Part shown: piece by piece, positions 1 through 11,157 of the stretch
Layout: each line of letters starts with the position of its first letter
How positions within the stretch are numbered: the first letter of the stretch is position 1
Assembly: GCA_964016885.1 (NCBI GenBank)
Contig: OZ024765.1
Location: 11,594,001 to 11,658,000 of the forward strand
Length of the DNA stretch: 64,000 nt
Direction: 5' to 3'
DNA from: Eledone cirrhosa
Taxonomy: Eukaryota
Position numbers and translations under genes: made by a program
Notes under the pieces: generated by a model
What the model was told of the DNA's origin: nothing
The model's input: the letters and a program-made list of their open reading frames with translations, nothing else
Database searches by the model: none

Positions 1-590
1 AGTACACTCTGTAATGCAGCAGTGTTGGTGCCACAATAAAATGTACCCAGTACACTCTGTAAAATATTAGTGTTGGTGCCACAATAAAATGTACCCAGTA
101 CACTCTGTAAATTAGTAGTGCTGGTGCCAAAATAAAATGTACCCAGTACACTCTGTAAATTAGTAGTGCTGGTCCCACAATAAAATGTACCCAGTACACT
201 CTGTAAATTAGTAGTGCTGGTCCCACAATAAAATGTACCCACTACACTCTGTAAATTAGTAGTGCTGGTCCCACAATAAAATGTACCCAGTACACTCTGT
301 AAATTAGTAGTGCTGGTCCCACAATAAAATGTACCCACTTCACTCTGTAAATTGGTAGTGCTGGGACCAAAATAAAATGTACCCAGTACACTCTGTAAAA
401 TGGTAGTGTTGGTGCCACAATAAAATGTACCCAGTACACTCTGTAAAATGTTAGTGTTGGTGCCACAATAAAATGTACCCAGTACACTCTGTAAATTGGT
501 AGTGCTGGTGCCACAATAACATGTACCCAGCTTATTCTGTAAAGTTGTTGTGCTGGTGCCATAGTAAAATGCACCCAGCCTGGGGTTGAT
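1..590. repeat. Tandem array, ~59-bp unit (about 10 copies), derived from a SINE/RTE 3'-UTR module
   Basis: The unit 'agtacactctgtaaattagtagtgctggtcccacaataaaatgtaccc' recurs every ~59-60 bp. It resembles the 'gtgccac..aaaagcacccag..cacactgtaaa' module of the local SINEs. Confidence 0.9.
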
Positions 591-985
591 ATGATCGACC
601 AAATCAAGATAGTGCCCCAGTATGACCACAGTCTAACAACTGAGCCCAGTAAAACAGTACTGGGATTGATATGATTGATTAAATCAAGGCAGTGACCCAG
701 TATACCCACAGCCTAATGTCTGACACCAGTAAAACAGTACTGGGGTTGATATGATTGACCAAGTCAAGGAAGTGCCCCAGTATGACCACAGTACAATGAC
801 AATAACCACCCAGTCCACACTGTAAATGTGGTTGGCATTAAGAACAGCATCCAACCATAGAAACCAAGCCCAAATCAATTCTGTATGAAAGAATGACGAT
901 CCCCCAACCTGATACCTCACAGAGGGAGAGCCTATCCTTCCCATTCTAGCATGGAAGATGGACATTAAACAATGATGATGATGAT
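590..985 (+). mobile_element. Degenerate SINE/RTE-type 3' end with (GAT)n tail
   Basis: 'gtggttggcattaagaacagcatccaaccatagaaa...ggacattaaacaatgatgatgatgat' matches the tail shared by the other copies. Confidence 0.7.
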
Positions 986-1038
986 ATATATATATATAAT
1001 TAGTTTCATTGAAATATCATTTACGTCTTTCATTGGCT

Positions 1039-1308
1039 GGAGGCACATGGCTTAGTGGTTAGAGCATTGGCCTTGCAATCGAAAGGTTGTGAGTTCAATT
1101 CTCAGACCGGGTGATGTGTTGTTTCCTTGAGCAAGACACTTTATTTCACATTGCTCCAGTTTACTCAGCTGTAGAAATGGGATGATAGGGTCTGGGGTCC
1201 ATATCATTCCACTGCAAAGTGGTCGTGGAGGTGCCACGGCAAAAAAAGCACCCAGCACTCACTGTAAATGAGGTTGGTGTTAGGAAGGGCATCCAGCTGT
1301 AGAAATCA
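1039..1308 (+). mobile_element. tRNA-derived SINE (family A)
   Basis: A box TGGCTTAGTGG, B box GAGTTCAATTC, central 'ccttgagcaagacacttt' domain and RTE-like 3' part. Near-identical copies lie elsewhere in the window. Confidence 0.9.
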
Positions 1309-1323
1309 ATATATATATATATA

Positions 1324-1660
1324 TCATCATTTCATTTTACGTCCGCTTTTTCCCTGCTTGCAAGGGTGAGACGGGAACTGATTCTGGCTTGATTTCTACA
1401 GCTGGATGCCCTTCCTAACACCAACCTCATTTACAGTGAGTGCTGGGTGCTTTTTTTGCCGTGGCACCTCCACGACCACTTTACAGTGGAATGATAGGGA
1501 CCCCAGTCCCTATCATCTCATTTCTACAGCCGAGTAAACTGGAACAATGTGAAATAAAGTGTCTTGCTCAAGGAAACAACACATCACCTGGTCTGAGAAT
1601 TGAACTCACAACCTTTCGATTGCAAGGCCAATGCTCTAACCACTAAGCCATGTGCCTCCA
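1324..1660 (-). mobile_element. tRNA-derived SINE (family A), inverted relative to the 1039-1308 copy
   Basis: Reverse complement of the preceding copy, with the (GAT)n-like tail at the left end. Confidence 0.9.
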
Positions 1661-1799
1661 TGAAATATATATAGTGTTTTTGCAACATTAAAACTTTAAA
1701 AGGACTTCATCAGTCTGGCCTCCTGTTATTTTAATCCAACCATCATTCAACTCTGTTGCTACACAGACCAGAGGATTCAATATCAACGATGGATGAGTT

Positions 1800-2250
1800 G
1801 TGTAACGTAGAGTGCAAGGGTTTATGGAGTAATGTTATTCGATAGAACGCATAACTCGGAGATCAAAAGATTCACTCTAGGTTGAGCCGCTATTTCTCTG
1901 AATTGAGAGATCACAGCTCTGATACTCAGGGCATGTGGTTAGAATGTCTCAGGAAAGAATTGCTGGTCAGATTTGTAGCTCGGAGATCAGAGAGTCACTC
2001 CAGGTAGAGCTGCTATTTCTCAGAATTGAGAGATCACAGCTCTGATACTATGGACATGTGGTTAGAATGTCTCAGGAAAGAATCGCTAGACAGATTGTAT
2101 GGCCAAAACCAACCGGCAGGAGACCCAGGGGTAGACCCTGAGCAAGATGGTTGGATAACATCCATGAGCTTGGCTGGTAGTGCTTGGGGATCCAGTCAGA
2201 TCAGTTGGGGACGGTTGCTTCTGACAGAACCCACTGGAAGGAGTGTGTAA
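1800..2250 (+). mobile_element. RTE-like LINE 3' fragment carrying ~2 copies of the 120-bp satellite unit
   Basis: Same unit as the arrays at 21.9 kb and 39 kb, followed by a decayed RTE C-terminus (RPRGRP..RWLDNI). Confidence 0.75.
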
Positions 2251-2285
2251 AGAAGAAATTATATATATACATATATATATATATA

Positions 2286-2464
2286 TAATGAAGGAAATGT
2301 GATAAGGAACAAGATGGACCATAATGCACCAAAGTACTCAATACTTAGGGAAGTAGAGTGGCTAATAGGAACGAGTAGGACCCCGACGGCTGGGCTCAAG
2401 CCGTTTCGACGACTCATTCTGGACTAAATTTAGTCCAGAATTAGCAGTCGGGGTCCTACTCGTT

Positions 2465-2470
<6 letters not shown>
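2286..2470 (-). mobile_element. Fold-back short element (Penelope-like terminus family B) in (TA)n
   Basis: Inverted repeat around 'ttctggactaaatttagtccagaa'. Homologous to the elements at 12227, 12447 and 49255; (TA)n on both sides. Confidence 0.7.
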
Positions 2471-2500
<30 letters not shown>

Positions 2501-2921
2501 CTCTATGGTTCTTATATATCTGATATATATTTATCCTTATCGAGCCCTCTTTGGATTTTAGTCTTCAAATTTATTATTATTACTATATATATGTATGTAT
2601 ATATATATGTATCATCATCATCATCATCATCACCGTTTTACGTCCGTTCTTCCACGCTAGCATGGGTTAGACGGGTTGTCCTGTTGTGGGCAGTGTCTGG
2701 TCGGCTGACCATGCCTTGCTCATACAGGAACTGATCTGGCTTGATTTCTACAGCTGGATGCCCTTCCTAACACCAACCTCATTTACAGTGAGTGCTGGGT
2801 GCTTTTTCGTGGCGCCTACACGTCCACTTTACAGTGTGGGCTGGGTGCTTTTTTGCCGTGGCACCTCCACGACCACCTTGCGGTGGGGGGGGGGGGGGGG
2901 GGGGCATATTGTTTATATGCT

Positions 2922-5900
2922 TCAGCATGTACCCATGGGAGGTCGGGTACCCTGTATTACTGCGTGACGCCAGAAGTCACGGTCGTGTGTCATTGACTTT
3001 GAGAGGTGTAGTTGGGTAAGGTCGGCTTTTATCACCTCATCCCAAGTCATCTTGGGTCTCCCCACTCCGCGGTTTCCATCAACTTCTAGTGCTCTGCACC
3101 TTTTTATGCAGCTGTCATCCTTCATACGCATCACATGTCCATACCAGCGTAACCGCCTCTCCTGCACGCAGCATTTGATTCCTCTTATGCTCAGTCTCTC
3201 TCTCAATTCATTTATGCTTTGTCGTTCACGTATATTACTGTTACACATCCATCGGAGCATGCAGGCTTCGTTTCTCTCTAATCTACGTAAGTCTTCCACC
3301 TTCAGCGCCCAGGTCTCACTACCATGCAACATCGCTGTTCGGATACACGCATCATACAGTCTGCCTTTCATTCTGAGGGAGAAGCCTTTTGCAGCTAGCA
3401 GTGGTAGTAGTTCCCTAAACTTCTTCCATCCCGTTCTTACCCTAGTTATTGTACTTTCTGAGCACCCACCTCCGTTGCTAATTCGGTCACCTAGGTAGCA
3501 GAAGCTGTCTACTGTTTCTACAGGGCCCTCCCAGAGATTGGTGGTACTTGTTTCCTGTGGCTGTTTGCTTGCTGTTTCAGCACAGCTGCTGCATGTGAAT
3601 CCTACATTCTTAATTAAGCTTCCTGAGATCCCGCTACATCTCTTGTGTACCCATTGTTTGCATTTGGGGCAAAGAATGGAGTTCCTACCTACACCTTTCC
3701 TACATACTGAGCAAGGCCATTTCCCTGAGGGGATCTGGGTTCTGTTTTCTCGTCTACTTATAAGGACCTTAGTCTTTGTCATGTTGACTTTGAGGCCCTT
3801 TCTCTCTAGTCCCTGCTTCCAGGTTTGGAATTTATTCTCTAGTTCTACCATAGATTCAGCTATGAGTGCGAGGTCATCAGCATACAGGAGTTCCCATGGG
3901 CATCCGGTCTTAAACTCCTCCGTTATTGCCTGCAGGACTATGATGAACAGGAGAGGGCTAAGAACAGAGCCCTGGTGGACCCCAACCTGTACGCTAAATT
4001 CCTCGCTATACTCATTGCCAATCCTAACTTTGCTGACTGCTCCCCTATACATGGCTTGTACCGCTTTCACAAGCCATTCATCTACTCCTAGTTTTCTAAG
4101 AGCCCACCAGATTACTGCACGTGGAACTCTGTCAAAGGCTTTCTCAAGGTCGACAAATGCCAAGTAGAGTGGCTTACTTTTAGCTAGGTACTTTTCCTGT
4201 AATTGCCTCACAAGGAAGAGCGCATCAGTGGTGCCTTTCCCTGGAACAAACCCAAATTGCATCTCGTCTATATTCACCCGGTCCCTAATCAGCTGTGCTA
4301 TAACTCTTTCTGTTACTTTCATGACCTGGTCCATCAACTTTATACCTCTATAGTTTCCTCTATCTAGTGCATCGCCTTTACCTTTGTAGCAGTTGACAAT
4401 GATGCTACTGCACCAATCTTTTGGTATGGCCCCCTCTAGTATTACCTGGTTAACGATACGTGTGGTTATAGTGTGACCTACAGACCCAGATGCCTTCAGC
4501 ATCTCGGCAGCTATACCCGATGGACCGGTTGCCTTCCCTATCTTCATATCTCTGATTGCCTTACTTACTACGCTGCCGCTGACTTGTACTGCTGGTCCCT
4601 CTATAGGGTCTACGTGGGGTAGGGTCTCTTCTTCCCATGCATTCTCCTCATTTAGTAATCTATCATAATGACTCTTCCATGCATCTTTCTTCTCAGCACT
4701 TGTGAGGGCAAGCTCACCTTTATCATTCCGGATACACTTCTCTCCAATGACATCACAACTATCTCTGACACACTGCCTCGCAATCTTGAATACCTCCTGT
4801 TTCTGGTCCTCACGTTGTAAAACATGCTTGAATTTTCTATCCTCTGCTTCCCTCCTAGCTAAGTATACTTGTCGCCTAGCTTCCCTCTTGGTCTCTATGT
4901 AATGTACCCTGCTCCCCCCGTTCTTCCATTCTTTCCATGCCTGTCTCTTGGCCTTGACTGCTTCATCTACCTTATTGTTCCACCACCAAGTCACTCTCCT
5001 CCTGCTTGAGGTCTTACTCCAGCCACAAACCTCATCCGTCGCCTCTAGTAAGTTATTTTTTAGGAACTCCCAGTTCTCTTCTACGTTAAATGTCTCTATC
5101 TGTTCTTCTTTACTGTCGTAGGCGTTGAGTAAAATATCTTTAAATCTGTTACTGGTTGAGGGGACTTTCAGCTTCCAGATCTTTCTTCTCCAGGTTGGCC
5201 TCTGTTTCAGGGCTCGTCTAGTTCTGACCGTGAGGTCGCTGACAACTAAGCTATGTTGGGATGTACATTCCTCACTAGGGAAGGCTTTTGTGTTTACGAC
5301 CGTCCATCTGTCACGTCCTCTGATGAGGATAAAATCTAACTGACTAGAGTGCTCCCCTGATCTATAGGTGATCAGGTGGTTGTCGGGTTTTTTAAAGTTT
5401 GTGTTACATATCGACATGTCATTGGCGTCGCAGAATTCTAGAAGTCTGAATCCTTCCTCATTCCTTGTGCCAACTCCATGGCCTCCATGTACTCTATTGA
5501 AGCCGTCGCAGTGTTTACCTACGTGTCCGTTAAAATCTCCTGCAATGATTAGGAAGTCCTTGTCGTCTGTTAGAGCAGTAGTGTGTATTAGGGACTCGTA
5601 AAACCTATCCTTAAGTTCGTCTGGCAGCCCCGATTGGGGTGCGTAAGCTGATATTATTGTGGTAATTGTCTTATTCAGGACTAGTCTGAGTTTAATGATT
5701 CTTGCATTTACCCTGTACACTGAGATTACTTTATCTACCCACTTGTCAGCTAATAGTATACCTACACCACCCATCCCATCGTCATTTCCCACCCAGAAAA
5801 ATTTGTAGCACTGGCTTTTTCCTACAAGGACTCTAGCAGACCCTCCTCTCCATCTAGTCTCTTGCACACAACATACATCAACTTCCTTTCGCTCTAGCAT

Positions 5901-6041
5901 TTCTACGATTTCTCCTGCTCTTCCTTTCATTGAGCCTACATTGATGGTACCAACTCGGAGTTTTGGGCATTTGTCGACACTCGTAGGGGAGGGTCTCTGG
6001 GTTGGCGCTTCACGTGGGTGCTTGGTAGCTCGCAGATTCAT
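2922..6041 (-). CDS. RTE LINE polyprotein: AP endonuclease + reverse transcriptase with inserted PHD-type zinc finger
   Basis: Uninterrupted 1039-aa ORF. APE motifs: GTINV, VQETRW, SAYAPQ, GDFNGHVG, LDFIL, SQH. RT motifs: QFGF, FVDLEKAFD, GVHQGSVLSP, YADD, FCYLG. RTE C-terminus: RRLRWYGHVMRM..GRPKMTW. Confidence 0.95.
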   Translation of the reverse strand: MNLRATKHPREAPTQRPSPTSVDKCPKLRVGTINVGSMKGRAGEIVEMLERKEVDVCCVQETRWRGGSARVLVGKSQCYKFFWVGNDDGMGGVGILLADKWVDKVISVYRVNARIIKLRLVLNKTITTIISAYAPQSGLPDELKDRFYESLIHTTALTDDKDFLIIAGDFNGHVGKHCDGFNRVHGGHGVGTRNEEGFRLLEFCDANDMSICNTNFKKPDNHLITYRSGEHSSQLDFILIRGRDRWTVVNTKAFPSEECTSQHSLVVSDLTVRTRRALKQRPTWRRKIWKLKVPSTSNRFKDILLNAYDSKEEQIETFNVEENWEFLKNNLLEATDEVCGWSKTSSRRRVTWWWNNKVDEAVKAKRQAWKEWKNGGSRVHYIETKREARRQVYLARREAEDRKFKHVLQREDQKQEVFKIARQCVRDSCDVIGEKCIRNDKGELALTSAEKKDAWKSHYDRLLNEENAWEEETLPHVDPIEGPAVQVSGSVVSKAIRDMKIGKATGPSGIAAEMLKASGSVGHTITTRIVNQVILEGAIPKDWCSSIIVNCYKGKGDALDRGNYRGIKLMDQVMKVTERVIAQLIRDRVNIDEMQFGFVPGKGTTDALFLVRQLQEKYLAKSKPLYLAFVDLEKAFDRVPRAVIWWALRKLGVDEWLVKAVQAMYRGAVSKVRIGNEYSEEFSVQVGVHQGSVLSPLLFIIVLQAITEEFKTGCPWELLYADDLALIAESMVELENKFQTWKQGLERKGLKVNMTKTKVLISRRENRTQIPSGKWPCSVCRKGVGRNSILCPKCKQWVHKRCSGISGSLIKNVGFTCSSCAETASKQPQETSTTNLWEGPVETVDSFCYLGDRISNGGGCSESTITRVRTGWKKFRELLPLLAAKGFSLRMKGRLYDACIRTAMLHGSETWALKVEDLRRLERNEACMLRWMCNSNIRERQSINELRERLSIRGIKCCVQERRLRWYGHVMRMKDDSCIKRCRALEVDGNRGVGRPKMTWDEVIKADLTQLHLSKSMTHDRDFWRHAVIQGTRPPMGTC

Positions 6042-6354
6042 ATTTCATCTATTGATTCAGAGTTGCTCGTGTATTCCCAGCTCATCCATCCCTAACGGTG
6101 AAAATTGAGGGCTAGAAGGACAGTGGTGGTGGGGTAATGGCAGGGTGTGTTGGGATGCGCCAGAGGAGGAGAGAGTTAGTTAGGCAGGTAGTAGCAGCAG
6201 CAGCAGCAGTGGAAATGGCATGCTAGGTTTGATTGGTCGAATAGACTATGGTGGTGTGTGGGGGTGGGGGGGAGGGAAATTGTGAGGTAGGAACTGAGGG
6301 TCGCATGGTAAATATCCAAGTTAATACTACATCAGTAAAATTAACAATAATAAC

Positions 6355-6745
6355 GTCATGAAAAAAGCTACTAAGAGAAACCCTCGAAAATTTATCGCTA
6401 ATACAGCAGGGAAAATTTAACGCTAATACAGCAGGGAACATCATATTAACGACATGAAAAAGCTACTAAGAGAAACCCTCGAAAATTTATCGCTAATACA
6501 GCAGGGAAAATTTAACGCTAATACAGCAGGGAACATCATATTAACGACATGAAAAAGCTACTAAGAGAAACCCTCGAAAATTTATCGCTAATACAGCAGG
6601 GAAAATTTAACGCTAATACAGCAGGGAACATCATAATATTAACGACATGAAAAAGCTACTAAGAGAAACCCTCGAAAATTTATCGCTAATACAGCAGGGA
6701 AAATTTAACGCTAATACAGCAGGGAACATCATAATATTAACGACA
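6355..6745. repeat. ~93-96-bp tandem repeat (about 4 copies) upstream of the RTE ORF
   Basis: 'catgaaaaagctactaagagaaaccctcgaaaatttatcgctaatacagcaggg...' repeated, near identical. Confidence 0.9.
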
Positions 6746-7161
6746 ATATGTAGGCTAAAATACCTTCGTAGATTAGGTGGATGGCTGGCTATAAATACAC
6801 ACACAAACACATATATATATATATATATACAAACAAATCTTTGCATCTGTATCTGTGAACGTGAATAATTCGTAATTTTGCATTTATGAATAAATCAGAT
6901 CGATATATGCCCAAACACCCACCATATATACTCAGCCATCCATTCACCACACTCCACCAATTTTAATTAATTGAGAGGAACCACCATTAACGAGATAACA
7001 AGAAAAATAGCCGTTTTTTTATTTCACTATTCTAAAGACCAAACTTAGAATTGCTGTCTTTTATTTCAAGACACAAATTAACATAACACGAAGAAAAAAT
7101 ATTACTGTAATAAAATATTAAACATCAGGCAAAATATATTATAAACAGAAATATTCGAATA

Positions 7162-7253
<92 letters not shown>

Positions 7254-7332
7254 GCAAAGATTCAGGACCACAATGGCTGAGCTTTGGCTGTTTCGACAGC
7301 TAGATAGATATATACATACATATATATATATT

Positions 7333-7682
7333 GAGGGCGACCGACCGGGGTAGAAGCTGCTAAATGTTCGGTCACCCTCATGTCTCTGATTTTCAGCCCC
7401 ATGGATTTTGTCTATTATATTCCTTTGTTATATTTCGAACACCTGATGATGTCACCGGATTCATACTGAACCTGGTCATTGAAATGTTCATAGTATAATA
7501 AACCTTTTAAGGAATTACACCAGTCCAGCCTCCTGTTATTTTATAGTAATTAACTCCGTACTCGCACCACCAATTACACAAACGAAGACGGGTGAGTTGC
7601 ATTACGTTGAGTGCTCTCCATAATATTACATCGAGATTGACCATACGGAATGACCAGTTCTATCCAGTGGTGAACCAACAAA

Positions 7683-7685
<3 letters not shown>
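7333..7685 (+). mobile_element. Penelope-like terminus with decayed hammerhead core
   Basis: CTGATGA (7443), stem, GAAA (7481), but stem III is missing. Flanked by (TA)n; the downstream part is similar to 1685-1815. Confidence 0.45.
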
Positions 7686-7715
<30 letters not shown>

Positions 7716-7719
<4 letters not shown>

Positions 7720-7950
7720 AACATTTTTTCACGCTCAGAGTTGCTGAAGCATGGAACAAACTACCTGCATCAGTTGTTAGCTGTCGAGACACTGCATCCT
7801 TTAAGGCCTCCATGCTTCCCGAGATCCGCCAACACTACAGCTAACACATACACACATGTACTTCCCTGACATTTGTGTATTATTCTATGTACTATATTGA
7901 CGAGTTGTAGTGCACCTGAGCACTTTACACAATAATTTCATTATTATAAT
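7716..7950 (+). mobile_element. CR1-like LINE 3' fragment
   Basis: Near-identical to 19493-19728; ends in 'cattattat'. Confidence 0.85.
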
Positions 7951-7961
7951 TATATATATAT

Positions 7962-8187
7962 GGAGGCACATGGCTTAGTGATTAGAGCATTGGGCTTGCA
8001 ATCGAAAGGTTGTGAGTTAAATTCTCAGACCGAGTGATGTGTTGTTTCCTTGAGCAAGACTCTTTATTTCACATTGCTCCAGTTTACTTAGCTGTAGAAA
8101 TGAGATGATAGGGACTGGGGTCCATATCATTCCACTGCAAAGTGGTCGTGGAGGTGCCACGGAAAAAAAGCACCCAGCACTCACTGT
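7962..8187 (+). mobile_element. tRNA-derived SINE (family A), 3'-truncated
   Basis: Matches 1039-1265. Confidence 0.85.
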
Positions 8188-8201
8188 ATATATATATTTA
8201 T

Positions 8202-8232
<31 letters not shown>

Positions 8233-8277
8233 CATACATATATATAAATAAATATATACATACATATATATATATAA

Positions 8278-8316
<39 letters not shown>

Positions 8317-8687
8317 CATATATATATATATATAGTAGAATGATCGAGAATCGGAATATCGGCCCACGAAATCACGATAAACAATATCCGACATGTGTGG
8401 CAGAGGGCTCAATAGTTTGAATAAACCAGAGCTATAACTATTGTTAAAATACCAACACATAGAGATTATGTCTAAAATCACCCGTATAGCCAAAAAAGAA
8501 CGACCAGGAAGATTCGGGTCACTCAAATAAAATATCAATAAATTAATAAATTAAATGAATGTAAAAAAAAAAAAAAAAAAAAACTCACCCGGACCCACTA
8601 GAAGGATGTTAAATTCTAGCTTTTTGGGTTTCTGCAATTCCTTAATCAATATATATGTATATACACATAGATATATTTATATGTCCC

Positions 8688-8862
8688 GGCATGCTTCGAT
8701 AGATGTGTAATAGTAATATTTGAGAACAGTGAAGCATAAATGAACTAAGAGAGAAGCTAGGCATAAGATGAATCAAATGCTGTGTGCAGGGGAGGAGATT
8801 GCATTGGTATGGATATGTGTTGCCTATGAAGAATGACAGTTGCATAAAAAAGTGCAGAGCTG
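8688..8862 (+). pseudogene. Decayed RTE ORF C-terminal fragment
   Basis: Closely matches the MLRWMCNSNIRERQSINELRE..RRLRWYGHV region of the intact RTE, with stops. Confidence 0.8.
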
Positions 8863-9380
8863 GATGCCTTTTCTAACGGCAACCACATTGGCAGTGTGTG
8901 CTGGGTGTTTTTTGCCATGTCTTTTACACATACACTGTACCTTGTGGGCTGGGTGCTTTTTGTTGTGACACCTACATGACTGTTTTACAGTGTGGTCTGG
9001 GCACCTTTTGACATGACACCACCATGACCACTTTACAGTGTGGGCTGGATGCTTATTGTCATGACACCTACACGACCAGTTTACAGTGAGGGCTGGGTGC
9101 TTTCTCCTATGTCTTTTACACAACCACTTTACAGTGTCGGCTGGGTGCTTTTTGTCATGACACCTACACGACCACTTTACAGTGTCGGCTGGGTGCTTTT
9201 TGTCATTACACCTACACGACCAGTTTACAGTGTGGGCTGGGTGCTTTTTCTCAAGTCACCTACACGACTCCACCTTTTACCGTGTGGACTGGGTGCTTTA
9301 TCTCAAGAAACCTACACGACCACCTTATATAGTGTGGACTGGGTGCTTTTTGTCATGACACCTACAGGACCACTTATACA
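8860..9380 (-). repeat. ~57-bp tandem array from the RTE/SINE 3'-UTR module
   Basis: About 9 diverged units of 'gacacctacacgaccactttacagtgtgggctgggtgcttttt'. Confidence 0.8.
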
Positions 9381-9387
9381 TGTATAT

Positions 9388-9708
9388 TATGAATAAAAAT
9401 AACCAGGATCAAATTACGATAAATTATTTAATAGATTTACGAACATTTCAATCAATACAGTAGGAAAAAACCACTTCCTCTCTATTGATTTTGTCAGAAT
9501 CTATAAATTAACATAAATAACATAATTTGTTTATGTTTTCAGAATTGAGATGTTGTGTCATGCATTTGGTAAATAATTATGTTATTTATGTTGTTTAATA
9601 AATTCTGAAGAAATCAATATGGAGGAAATGATTTTTACTACTGTATTGATTGAAGCATTTGTAAATCAATTAAATAATTTAATTAATCCTGGTTATTTTT
9701 ATTCATTA
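9388..9708. mobile_element. Inverted pair of hammerhead-bearing Penelope-like termini (decayed)
   Basis: Imperfect inverted arms of ~140 bp. Hammerhead-like cores at 9432-9503 (-) and 9599-9668 (+). Confidence 0.7.
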
Positions 9709-9734
9709 TATATATATATACATATATATATATA

Positions 9735-10220
9735 AGAGATGTAGTGGGATAGCAGGCAAAATTACATATGCAGTAGATGTTCAGAGAAATTTGACAGTAG
9801 AAGTCGCAGTGATAGACACATATTTCAAATGCAGGTAGGATCTATAGAAGTGGTTGATGGCTTCTGATACCTAGGTGATTAGATTAGCAAGGGAGGAGGG
9901 TGCTCCGAGGCCATAGTATCTAGAATAAGGATGGGTTGGAAGAAGTTTAGAGAGCTGCTTTCTCTGTTGACAAAGAAGGGTTTCCCCTTACGAACGAAAG
10001 ACCGGTTATAGGATGCCTGTGTGAGATGCGCGAGGCTGCATGGTAGTGAGATATGGGCAGGAACTGCAGAGGATATGCGACGGCTGGAGAGAAATGAAGC
10101 AAGCATGCTCCGACGGATGTGCAATGCCAATGTGTGTGAACGACCCAGCATGGATGTGTTGAGAGAGAAACTGTGTATAAGAGGGATAAACTGTAGTGTG
10201 CGGGAGAGAAGACTGCGTTG
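9735..10220 (+). pseudogene. Decayed RTE ORF fragment (related subfamily), starting within the PHD region
   Basis: Translates to KRCSGIAG..., F*YLGD*ISKGGGCSEA..RIRMGWKKFREL..RLERNEASMLRRMC, with stops. Confidence 0.85.
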
Positions 10221-10510
10221 TGATGAACAAGCTCATAGATTCTATATTATGTGAGATAATTATGTGAGGTAAAGCCTTTACTGTGAAAATACAATAATAT
10301 ATATAGAGTAATGTAAATACTAAAGGGCTGAACTCTAAAGAAGAAGAAGGATTTAACTATGAACAGTCTCTTACCTATCTTGCTGTGGACTGTAAAATCA
10401 CATTTGAGTTTTGAATTATTCTTTACTTTTTATCAACTTGTGTTATCAACTTGTCTAAACTATTTTTTATATATATATACATATATATCTATATATCTCT
10501 CTATATATAT

Positions 10511-10569
<59 letters not shown>

Positions 10570-10623
10570 GGAGGAAGTTATAGTTCACTTGAAGCATTGT
10601 GTAATGAGGTATATGTATATATA

Positions 10624-10967
10624 TCATTTCATCATTTTCATCATTTCATTTTACGTCCACTTTTCCCTGCTTGCAAGGGTGGGACAGGAACTGATTCTGG
10701 CTTTATTTCTACAGCTGGATGCCCTTCCTAACACCAACCTCATTTACAGTGAGTGCTGGGTGCTTTTTTGCCGTGGCACCTACACGTCCAATTTACAGTG
10801 GAATGATAGGGACCCCGGTCCCTATCATCTCATTTCTACAGCTGAGTAAACTGGAGCAATGTGAAATAAAGTGTCTTGCTCAAGCAAACAACACATCACC
10901 CGGTCTGAGAATTGAACTCACAACCTTTCGATTGCAAGGCCAATGCTCTAACCACTAAGCCATGTGT
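10624..10967 (-). mobile_element. tRNA-derived SINE (family A)
   Basis: Near-identical to 1324-1660. Confidence 0.9.
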
Positions 10968-11157
10968 CTATATATATATAGACACACATATATATATACC
11001 ATGTGTCTATATATATATAGACACACATATATATACTGTGATGACATGTAGGAATTTCAGTTGTTAATGTTTTACTGTGTTGGCCGTCACATACAGCCAT
11101 AGCTGGGATGGACTGGAATCGAATTCTGTCGATCGATTGGTTTTTGATTAGGCAAAA

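Larger units (their letters stand above)
2611..6790 (-). mobile_element. Full-length or near-full-length RTE-clade non-LTR retrotransposon
   Basis: Single APE+RT ORF; 3' UTR 2611-2921 ends in 'ggacgtaaaacggtgatgatgat'. The 5' boundary (~6790) is approximate, and no TSD could be resolved within the microsatellite flanks. Confidence 0.85.

Noticed and set aside
1045-1115. tRNA-like sequence with A and B boxes
   Set aside because: It is a SINE head. There is no complete acceptor stem, and it is always attached to the SINE body.
1700-1720. CTGATGA on the minus strand
   Set aside because: No GAAA or stem III follows, and the homologous site near 7515 lacks the motif.
3868-3890. CTGATGA on the minus strand inside the RTE
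   Set aside because: Coincides with the YADD codons; no hammerhead stems.
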